Shown here: in pieces, positions 18,227-26,900 of the stretch | Layout of the letters: every line of letters begins with the position of its first letter | Position numbering within the stretch: the stretch's first letter is position 1 | NCBI GenBank assembly: GCA_913041895.1 | Contig: CAJWKQ010000001.1 | Span: 1-49,547 of the forward strand | DNA length: 49,547 nucleotides | Direction: 5' to 3' | Origin: an uncultured Verrucomicrobiales bacterium | GTDB lineage: Bacteria > Verrucomicrobiota > Verrucomicrobiia > Limisphaerales > UBA1100 | Program-made: the position numbers and the translations under genes | Notes under the pieces: generated by a model | What the model was told of the DNA's origin: nothing | What the model saw: only the letters and a program-made list of their open reading frames with translations | Databases searched by the model: none

Positions 18227-19837
18227 CTATTTCTTTTCATTGGCCCCACCCAAGGTAACACTGATTTTGTATTTGCTTTGGAGATGGGCATGAGCGCGGC
18301 TTGCCTGACTAGTCTTGGGATAAAGCTTACAGGTTTGCTGGAACCATTTAATGGCATTCTCACGTGCGCCAGATTGCTCATATGTTTCTGCTATCTGTTT
18401 AGTAGCTTCTGGAGCTGAACTCTTATCCGCTCGCGCCTGATGATATAAGACCAACGCCTCCTTATATTGCTTTAAACGGCGATGGCATGAAGCCATTGCA
18501 AAATATACACTGGGATACCTATCAGACTGCCGATAACTCTGAATGGCCTCTTTTAGGCGTCCGCTCCGTTCATAGCAATCAGCTATCCCCCAATACCAGT
18601 CACCAAATTTCCCCGCTTCCACAGTAAGTAGTATTTGGTAAGCAGCAATCGCTTTATCCCATTGTCCAGCCTTTCGCCAGACTCCAACAATCGACTGTTG
18701 CCATTGACCTTCTTTATCTTTGTCCATTCCAATGAGTTGATTATATATGTTAACCGATTCCTTCCACTTTTTTTCCTCGTACCACGAATTCGCGATTGCT
18801 GCCAATCCTGCTTCTCGGTTCTTATACTGACTGTAAATCCTCCGAGCTTCGTCGTAACGCTTTCGGCTTCGGTGCCAGGAAGCTTGTTTGCCCCGAAGCC
18901 CATCATCGACCCCAATCAACTTGCCTAAAGTCTCATAAGCCGCTAGCCCCTCATTATCCCGGCGAGCATTGCCGTGTATAGCGGCTATTGTATAGTAATA
19001 GTCACGAGTTAACGAAATGTTGGCATCTTTGGTGAAATCCTGTGGGATCTGTTCCAAGATATAGGAAATGAGTTCATCAGCCAATTTTGTGCCAGTTGGT
19101 GACTTTTCTTGACTACCCGTTAGGGAACTGATCGGACTCGAGGCGTATCGGTATAACTGACTGATCAAGCTTTTACCTTTATATGTCGTTGCAAATGCTT
19201 TGAATGCATTTTGAAAATCGCCCGCATAAAAATGGTGCTGACCGAGGTAAATAGAGGCATGGGTTGTCTGATAATTGTTTTCTTTTGTTCGTTTGGTTTT
19301 GTAAGTCAAATCTTCCCAAATTTTAACCCGCTTTACCGTATCTTTACGAATACGGTAAACCTCAGCTAACTCCCATTTAGATAACACGCTCGTTTGGTGT
19401 TTGGGATGGGTGGTAATCGCCTGAATATATGCCTTCTCGGCATTCTGCAGTTCTCCTGCAGATTGATAACTACGACCTATAAGGTATCCGGACAACATGG
19501 CCTCATGTGAATCAGGCCAATAATCGATAACCGACTGAAATCCATCCCTTATAGCCGTATAAACCCTTCGTTGTTTAACCAGACAGTGGCTCCACATCAA
19601 CTGAGCATACGGAGCGGCCAAGCTTCTTTCATACAAAGTAAGAAATTTCTCGTACTCAGAAGCCGCAATCTTGTATTCGCCCTTGACATAAAATTTCTCG
19701 GCAACTTTCAGCTGGAACCGCTCTACTTCCCGCATTTTTGCAAATGTCTCCACCGGAATTTGTTCCAGATAACCCAACTGTGCGTAAACCGAAAAAGAAC
19801 ATACCAGTACTACTAGAGCCGATAACCTTATCTTCAT
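18227..19837 (-). CDS. secreted TPR-repeat protein (last gene of the ExbBD-linked operon)
   Basis: 536-aa ORF with the signal peptide MKIRLSALVVLVCSFSVYA. TPR-like helical repeats run throughout (..Y..A...Y..). Its ATG overlaps the stop of the upstream gene (ATGA, 19834-19837). Confidence 0.8.
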   Translation of the reverse strand: MKIRLSALVVLVCSFSVYAQLGYLEQIPVETFAKMREVERFQLKVAEKFYVKGEYKIAASEYEKFLTLYERSLAAPYAQLMWSHCLVKQRRVYTAIRDGFQSVIDYWPDSHEAMLSGYLIGRSYQSAGELQNAEKAYIQAITTHPKHQTSVLSKWELAEVYRIRKDTVKRVKIWEDLTYKTKRTKENNYQTTHASIYLGQHHFYAGDFQNAFKAFATTYKGKSLISQLYRYASSPISSLTGSQEKSPTGTKLADELISYILEQIPQDFTKDANISLTRDYYYTIAAIHGNARRDNEGLAAYETLGKLIGVDDGLRGKQASWHRSRKRYDEARRIYSQYKNREAGLAAIANSWYEEKKWKESVNIYNQLIGMDKDKEGQWQQSIVGVWRKAGQWDKAIAAYQILLTVEAGKFGDWYWGIADCYERSGRLKEAIQSYRQSDRYPSVYFAMASCHRRLKQYKEALVLYHQARADKSSAPEATKQIAETYEQSGARENAIKWFQQTCKLYPKTSQASRAHAHLQSKYKISVTLGGANEKK

Positions 19838-21510
19838 TTTTTATCTTCCTTTTTTCGAGATTGAAGCCATTTGCTGTATTCTGCATGAGCGTAGAGAATG
19901 ACATTCCCGCCCAGTCTATAACAAGCCTCATAAATTTGACCCGGCACACCTGCATGACCATCGGCCCATGCATCCCCAATATCACCGGGATGATAATAAG
20001 CAACCATGCGACTTTCAACCACCCAGCCATAAGCAACTCTTCCACCGTGCGGAGCAACAATCGGCAGAAATGGCATCCCATTGTGCACCGGATGATCCAA
20101 CGGAACCTTGATCGGCTCCACCCCTGGCAAAACCTGCCGCATCAAACTAAAAAACTGGCTGTGCCAATTGGAACTACCGCCATTATCTGCAAAAAGCATA
20201 CCGTGCTTATCAGTAAGATATTCACGCAGAACCTCCTTATCCTTGGATGAAATACTTCCCAAGGATTTTTGACCCGTCATGTATACTAGGGGGGGGCTTT
20301 TGCCGATTGGAAAATTTTTCAACTGGTTGATCGTGCGTACCTCCGGTTTGGGGGCAGTTTCGTGTCCTGTGTTAGCTGAATACCATAGGAGCATATTTAA
20401 GTCAGAGTGAAGATCCAAATCCTGATCCCAGTCACCTCCAGCGTACTTGAGACGGATAAACCGCACCTTCCCTCGCTTGGTTCCGCCGGCAAACCCAGCT
20501 CCTTTCCCTTCGCCGTGGCCCGGCTTATAGACATGCTTAGTCAGCTCCAATAGCTGGAGTTTAATTTTCTCTATAGGGGGAGGATTAAACAAAATAGCAC
20601 TGTAAGGGTTTATTACATACTTCTTTTGGATAACTTTTTTTATCTTCACTATCTTTTGCTTCAGCATCTCTTCACCACCACCAGCTGGCAGTTCATAAAC
20701 CTCCCGGCATCCACTCAAGCTAAGAATCAACATCACCATACAAACAAATATAATCGTGTAACTGAAAATGGCATTAAACGATTGTTTCAGCTTTTGCCTA
20801 CTCTTACCATAATACCACGCATCCTGATCAAACGGGTCCCAAGGCTTTATCGCCGGAATAGCCACTGATTGATTCATGGCCTCCAATGGCCCCACCTGAC
20901 CCAGCATCTTTTGTTTACCAGCATAACGCTGTCGTTGCAGTTTCCGAGAACGTCGCTCAACCCCCCACACCACCCATAAAAGCCCACTAATAAAGGCCAA
21001 ACACATACCTCCCTGTGCACACGCAATACGCACCTTTACCCACCCTAAATAATTAGCCCCAAATACCAATCCCTGCCAAATCGGGTAAATACTAATTGTC
21101 AATGCCAACCAATACGTCCAAACAGGCCAATCTCTTTGTTGTTGTTCGACCCTAAAGGTAAAACACACTACCAAGGCCACCGTCGAGCTAGTCGAAAAGA
21201 AAATCAAGAGACCCTGTTCATTTAGATCACTGGCAAATGCCCATTGAATCCAAAGGCCAACCCAAGCGATCCCAAAAGTAACTAAAAATACACCAAGGTA
21301 GATCACAAGACCGGAATTCAAATCTGTTCCGCTAATTTTGTTTCGCAATTTACTCCGCCATAAAACCTCCGTAAGAATTATCCCAAAAAAACCCATCACA
21401 CCTACCCAAAAAGGCCAATCTCGAATAAGGACAGCCTCCACAATTAAGCCGACCCAACAGAACCCCATGAAGAGCGCCCACAAGACCGGAATTTGACGCC
21501 ACTGGCCCAT
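19834..21510 (-). CDS. polytopic membrane protein with a C-terminal DUF4159 domain
   Basis: 558-aa ORF. About 6 hydrophobic helices lie in residues 1-190, and one more (FSYTIIFVCMVMLILSL) follows. Then comes VRFIRLKYAGGDWDQD ... PLVYMTGQKSL..S.KDKEVLREYL..HGMLFADNGG, which matches the DUF4159 pattern as I remember it. Its ATG shares one nucleotide with the upstream TAA stop (21510). Confidence 0.7.
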   Translation of the reverse strand: MGQWRQIPVLWALFMGFCWVGLIVEAVLIRDWPFWVGVMGFFGIILTEVLWRSKLRNKISGTDLNSGLVIYLGVFLVTFGIAWVGLWIQWAFASDLNEQGLLIFFSTSSTVALVVCFTFRVEQQQRDWPVWTYWLALTISIYPIWQGLVFGANYLGWVKVRIACAQGGMCLAFISGLLWVVWGVERRSRKLQRQRYAGKQKMLGQVGPLEAMNQSVAIPAIKPWDPFDQDAWYYGKSRQKLKQSFNAIFSYTIIFVCMVMLILSLSGCREVYELPAGGGEEMLKQKIVKIKKVIQKKYVINPYSAILFNPPPIEKIKLQLLELTKHVYKPGHGEGKGAGFAGGTKRGKVRFIRLKYAGGDWDQDLDLHSDLNMLLWYSANTGHETAPKPEVRTINQLKNFPIGKSPPLVYMTGQKSLGSISSKDKEVLREYLTDKHGMLFADNGGSSNWHSQFFSLMRQVLPGVEPIKVPLDHPVHNGMPFLPIVAPHGGRVAYGWVVESRMVAYYHPGDIGDAWADGHAGVPGQIYEACYRLGGNVILYAHAEYSKWLQSRKKEDKK

Positions 21511-22196
21511 TAATCAATTTTTAACTCACCCAGAGGATCATCGTTATTTTCAAATGGATTTACCTCTACAGGCTTACCCGTTTTTTCTGTATTTACCCCC
21601 AAGACATCGGGAGGATTTACAGCTGGCACTGTTGGAGTCTTGTCAGAAGGATTAACGTTGGCTTCTTTACCATTCATATCGGACTCCAATGTCTTGCTAA
21701 TGGATTCCAGCTTATTCAACATTTTTTTCTGAGCTTCAACGGCCTTCACTTCGGCCCCTTTTTTAACAATACCATATGTGTAGGGTGCAACTGTTAGAAC
21801 TACGAGGAGCAAAAAAATGATACCCGAGGACACTAAGGTACTTAAAACCAATGAACTCTGCGCAACCGCCCCAAGCATTTCACGTGGTGTTTTACCACGC
21901 ATTTCTCGCATAAATGTGCGCAACTCATCAACAGTGACAGAGCTATTTTGCTTAACGTTCTTTAAATCGCGAGAAATACTAGCCATCGATTGCAGCCCTG
22001 ATCCGGCGCTTTCTGGATCAAGGGATACTGCATCGGGAAGTTTTGCAAACAATTCAACGGTGCTCCATTTCTCATCACCTTCACGCAGAGCAGGTGTATC
22101 GGGCTGGATTTGACCTGCCTTTAATAATCCCCTCAACTCACTGGAGGTCAACGGTCCGCGCTGCTCTCCATCAATCACTACGAATATATTGTTCAT
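21510..22196 (-). CDS. GYF-domain (GYF_2/DUF4339-like) single-pass membrane protein in the TonB position
   Basis: 228-aa ORF. The N-terminus IFVVIDGEQRGPLTSSELRGLLKAGQIQPDTPALREGDEKWSTVELF is GYF_2-like. One TM helix spans about residues 112-139. The ~85-aa C-terminal tail has a Pro-containing stretch (KTPTVPAVNPPDV) but no recognisable TonB C-terminal domain. Its ATG overlaps the ExbD stop (ATGA, 22193-22196). Confidence 0.65.
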   Translation of the reverse strand: MNNIFVVIDGEQRGPLTSSELRGLLKAGQIQPDTPALREGDEKWSTVELFAKLPDAVSLDPESAGSGLQSMASISRDLKNVKQNSSVTVDELRTFMREMRGKTPREMLGAVAQSSLVLSTLVSSGIIFLLLVVLTVAPYTYGIVKKGAEVKAVEAQKKMLNKLESISKTLESDMNGKEANVNPSDKTPTVPAVNPPDVLGVNTEKTGKPVEVNPFENNDDPLGELKID

Positions 22197-22600
22197 CTCT
22201 GTTTATATTCCTCCAATATGTGGTGCAACTCTCCTCCTGCTTCGCTGATGGCCTCAATGACGGGTTCAAAATATACAGCTGTCACTTCGTGATGCACCTT
22301 CAGCAACACAGTCCGCCTGCCTGCAACGTTCTCGCCTAAAATAACCTTTAACTCTTCAGATAAAGTAGAAATGGGAATTTCCCGACCATTCAAGTGCGTC
22401 ACGTTGTATTTATCAATCACTACACTCGCGTTCATAGTGGCAGGCCTCACCAATTCAACCCCTTCGGCAGGCTTCCATTGCAAGTGACTATCATCACGTG
22501 CACGCGCCAGAATTACGAAGAAAATTAGTAATAAAAAAGCTATATCCCCCATTGCCATTGCGGGCACCGAAGCATTCATCTGTCTGCGTTTGACAATCAT
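22193..22600 (-). CDS. exbD: biopolymer transport protein ExbD/TolR (paralogue 2)
   Basis: 135-aa ORF. The TM helix carries the conserved Asp (MGDIAFLLLIFFVIL). The periplasmic domain resembles ExbD. There is an ATGA overlap with the upstream exbD. Confidence 0.85.
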   Translation of the reverse strand: MIVKRRQMNASVPAMAMGDIAFLLLIFFVILARARDDSHLQWKPAEGVELVRPATMNASVVIDKYNVTHLNGREIPISTLSEELKVILGENVAGRRTVLLKVHHEVTAVYFEPVIEAISEAGGELHHILEEYKQR

Positions 22601-23019
22601 TGGACCTGTACCGTTTGTTCTTCCTCAAGTTGCAATGTGATCACCCCTCCGGCATCTTCAATAATACCTGTAATATCCATCCAATGACTGTAAGGAACTT
22701 CCTTACGACTTTTTACTGCTACAATCTTGTCTTCTTCGCGTGCTTTATCTGCCAACTTAAGGATAATCGTTTTAACAAAGGTTTCCTTTGGAAGAGGGTT
22801 TCCATTCATTATCACTGCATCCCGAGTTAGCTCTACTTCTATATTCTGGCTTTGCTTGTCTTTTTGTGGCTCCGGTTCACTACGAGGCAGAGTCTGGGCC
22901 CTGCCTTTATCAGGCTCCACCGAAGCGCAAACCAAAAAAAACACAATGAGAATAAAGGCAATATCACTAGTCGCACTAGCTGGCGGCTCAACCAATAATT
23001 TTGTCCGTTTCAGTTTCAA
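22597..23019 (-). CDS. exbD: biopolymer transport protein ExbD/TolR (paralogue 1)
   Basis: 140-aa ORF. The TM helix carries the conserved Asp (TSDIAFILIVFFLV). The TTG start overlaps the ExbB TGA stop (cTTGAaa at 23016-23019). No in-frame ATG lies near the N-terminus. Confidence 0.82.
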   Translation of the reverse strand: MKLKRTKLLVEPPASATSDIAFILIVFFLVCASVEPDKGRAQTLPRSEPEPQKDKQSQNIEVELTRDAVIMNGNPLPKETFVKTIILKLADKAREEDKIVAVKSRKEVPYSHWMDITGIIEDAGGVITLQLEEEQTVQVQ

Positions 23020-23876
23020 GATTCAGGTTTATCTTCTGAATTCAATGTTAATTGCAGAGTAACCGCCTCCATCAATTCTGCAGCGCTTTCCTCTACCTCC
23101 AGCACAAAATTATTTATCACACTAGAAAAATAATTAAACGCCATAAAGGCCGGGATCCCCACCATGAGGCCGAAACACGTCGTTAAAAGAGCCACTTCAA
23201 TCCCTGCGGCAGCTGCCTGAATAATATTGCCTCCACCTGTCTTATCCATTTCCACAATATTATGAAACGCTACAATCATTCCCTGAACAGTGCCGAGAAA
23301 CCCAAGCATCGGCGCAACACTCGACACGATGGCCAATACTGGTAAATGACGCTCTAATGCAGCTACGATGTGAACCCCATAGCTTTCCATGCTCTTAACC
23401 ACCTGTTCTTCCAATCGTGCCGGATCATAATTAAGCCGACTCAAAACCAAATACTTTCGTAACCCATTGGCCAAAATGGCAGCAACCGGCCCGCGCTCCC
23501 TATCACACCGCGCCAAGGCATCTTCAATACGGTCGTTAGTCAGGTCTTCTAAAACAGCCTGACGCAAGGCCTCATTATCAGTATCCAACATCTTGAGGCT
23601 GCGCCATCTTTCAATAATTACAGCCAAAGCCAAGATAGCCATAATTAAAATGGGCCACATAAAAATCCCACCATCAATCAGCAAACCAATGGCCCCTGAA
23701 TCAAAAAATTCTGCAACTGCAGAAGGCTCAGAAGCCGCCTCTAGAGCCTCCTCATTTAAAGCTTCAGTGTTCTGATCCGGATTTGCTTCTGAAGGACCGT
23801 CATTGGTTCCCGATGAATTAGTGGATGCCGCATTTACCTCTGAGATATTAGTCACTTGAGCAAAAAACGGTAACAT
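23016..23876 (-). CDS. exbB: MotA/TolQ/ExbB proton-channel protein
   Basis: 286-aa ORF. A ~55-aa acidic, low-complexity N-terminal extension precedes three TM segments. The signature APMLGFLGTVQGMIVAF is present. Confidence 0.88.
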   Translation of the reverse strand: MLPFFAQVTNISEVNAASTNSSGTNDGPSEANPDQNTEALNEEALEAASEPSAVAEFFDSGAIGLLIDGGIFMWPILIMAILALAVIIERWRSLKMLDTDNEALRQAVLEDLTNDRIEDALARCDRERGPVAAILANGLRKYLVLSRLNYDPARLEEQVVKSMESYGVHIVAALERHLPVLAIVSSVAPMLGFLGTVQGMIVAFHNIVEMDKTGGGNIIQAAAAGIEVALLTTCFGLMVGIPAFMAFNYFSSVINNFVLEVEESAAELMEAVTLQLTLNSEDKPES

Positions 23877-23923
23877 TTAACTATAAGCCTTTTGATTCCG
23901 AAACAGGTTGTGAAATGGATACA

Positions 23924-26900
23924 TCAATTATCATCGTCTATGGAATTAGCCTCACTCTCAAATTGGGCCAACATTTCAGGTAAAGCCAAACGACCTCTTG
24001 CATATTTGGCAGCCTCGCTTTCAGGAAAGTCCCACCGACAGCGATTATACCTACGAAAAGCAAATGAAACATTGTTAGCCCCTCTGAAACTTTCCCCAGC
24101 CCAAAAGAGAGACTGAGCAGTCAGTCCGTCATCCGGAAACTTCTTGGTAAACAAATCGAAAACCACTCCTGCCTCGGCAAACTTTTCAGCCTTGTAATGG
24201 CATTGGCCCCACCGGAAACACATTTTTGGAGCAAATTCATGATCCGCAAATCGATCCATAAATTTTTCAGCAACTTTTGCTGCCACCGCATAATTCTCAC
24301 GTTTGTAGAAATACTCATTTATTCGTATCATTACATTGGGAATCAAGGGGCTCTTTGGATAGGTTGCAGCTAAAGTGACGTACTCCTCTAAAGCACGATC
24401 AAAGTCATTAGCCTCTTCATAACACTGGGCCAGCTTATACTGTGCATCAGCTGCTAGGGTATGATTCGGATATTGTCTCACGATTAATGCATAGCTGTTA
24501 GCTGCCGCATTCCAGTCCTGCAATTCTTGGGAAAACTGTCCGCTAAGATAAGCAATTCGAGGCAAGTATTTTGGGTCTGGATAATCAACCATGATCTCTT
24601 TGAGAATACGGCGCCCCGCCTTCAAAGCCTTTTGGCTCTCATCTTTTCTCTCCAGTTTAAGGTTATTTTTAAACAACTCAAAATAGCTTTCAGCGATATG
24701 AAATTGCGTTTGGACGGCCAGCTGCTGATTGCCAAATATTTTGCTAAATGCCGAAACAATACCGTCCGTTCCTATAGCAACAGGCAGTTCAATTGTATGA
24801 TCACCAGACGTCTCCACATCCCTCGCGGACTCATCCGAGTACTCAGCAGTAATTTTATCACCAAAGAAACATTCAATCTCCTTATCAATCTCACTAAAAT
24901 TGGCCGGTGTTGGCTTTTCCCGAGCTTTGAGCTCAAATGAGCCGGTAAATATCCCGCTGTGACTTAAGGTCTCATTGAGTTTCACTGATTCCTTTTCTCC
25001 ACTTTCGCTTTGAATAACGATGCTTGAAAAATCCCGCTCATCAGAAATGTCCAAATCTGGATCTGCAACCATCACAAAAAGCTTTTCTCCAACATGCAAT
25101 ATTTCAACTTTTTCATCATAACCCTCATTGGTAACAGATAGACTCCCATTTGTTTTTAATACAGCCTGATCAGATAAATCCAGCTCCTCTCCTCCTGGGC
25201 GCACCTTATCTTGATAGGATGCATTCAAAATCGATTTACCATTTACATTTAGCACAGTATCTAACAAATCATCTCCATTCTGTTCCTCTTCTTCTTCACC
25301 AGCAGGACGCACTCGACCAATCAACCCATTGCCACTACCCAAGCCGCGCGGCAGTTTTACGGGACTCCCTTCTCCTCCCAGTTGCATTTTAACCTGCCCC
25401 ACAAACCTTCCCATTCGTAATGCAGGGTTTGCCTGACCTTCATCAGTTCCTGAAAAATCTCCAAACTGCGTAGAAAGTGTACAGATAACTTCAACTGCAT
25501 TAGTCGTTCCAGCATTAATTAAAACCTTAACCTTACTTAAACTATCCTTTGCAGCATCTGGATCAATGACTTCAACAGTCAATGGAACAAAATAATCGAC
25601 ACCAACAGGACCTTCCTGTCCTTCCATTCGACGAAGATAGACCGGCTGAGGTAAACCCTCTGAACCCGCTGGCGGCTGTGTGCGGCTCGTGCCAATGATG
25701 CGCACCAGTCCTTCAGTAGGTTCATTGGCAAAAACCACTCCTTCGCGAACCACCGAATGCCCTGGAAAAGTGTTTTGCAAATCTGAATATCGGCAAAAAA
25801 TACTGTCACCTGGCTTGATTCGAAGTTTGTCAGTCTCTTCTAAAGTTGAGGTCTCCACTTCGACACGAAAAATCCCGGAATATTCCTCAGTCTCCGTAGC
25901 CTCCATATTCTTCCATTTGTTCCCGTTTAGCCAAATTTCCACAGGCACAGTATCGCGCTGATCAGTTTGATCCATGTCATAATCAACCACCTCAAAGGTA
26001 ATCCGATCTCCCGCATCCACTCTAAGCAACTCCTTACGAGTCTGAGCAACGCCACCTCCTGAATTTCTAGCGAAATCAAACCCTATAGGCACCACCCGGG
26101 CATCATTGTAAGTTGCCTGCAGGTTTTGAGTGAGCAACCGGCTGCCTCCCTTGGTCGCCACTGCAGTTTCATCAGTGTAACTAGCAAGAACCACGTCTCC
26201 CCCAGCAATTTCCAGCGTCTTATTCTCTGCAAGCTTACTGACGTCCACCTCGGTAGGAATGAAAACACTATTCTTATTTGCCACCTCAATATGATTAACC
26301 GCAACCGAATCTCCAAGATATTCATCTATCTGAAAACGTGCATAACGCAACTGGATAGGCTTAAAAAAGAACTCCCACTCTCGGTCACGCTGTATCACTC
26401 CTGCTCCTGAAGCCGGGCGCAACTCGATGCCGGACAAATCCATAAGGACAGCTCCCACAATTTCCAATGGTTTAATGGTAAGGATTTGTGATCCCGCCGC
26501 ATCAACCTGCACCAATCCCACCCGTTGCCAAGCAAAACGGTGAGGGTCACCGGTTTTTTGCACCGTTGCCTCTATCATCTGATCTCCGAATTCCAAACGG
26601 AACAGTGAGCCTCCCTCGATATGCGCTGAATTCACCCAAACCTCATAAGCACCGGGTTGTTGGGCATTAAAGGCCCATTTGAGCCAATCACCAGGCTTTT
26701 GCCAATGATGAACCCTTTTAACCTTATTTAGTTCACCAGCAGCAAACTCCTCCGTTTCCTTTTGCAACTCCACCTTATCTAAATCCATCACCAATGTTGT
26801 AGCTTTGGAACCATTTCTCTCAGGCTCATTACCAAAATATTTCTTGGCTGCCTCAAGGTCGAAATCAGCCTTATTAAAAGGTTTCAATTGGGGCTGTGCA

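Noticed and set aside
19738-20250. 170-aa plus-strand ORF spanning the junction of the DUF4159 and TPR-536 genes
   Set aside because: It is antisense to two coupled genes and has no motifs. Its composition is consistent with a shadow frame.
25283-25298. GAA/GAG run (EEEEE) inside the giant gene as a possible slippage or phase-variation tract
   Set aside because: It is a mixed GAA/GAG codon run of only five codons, not a homopolymer or perfect repeat. The reading frame is intact on both sides.
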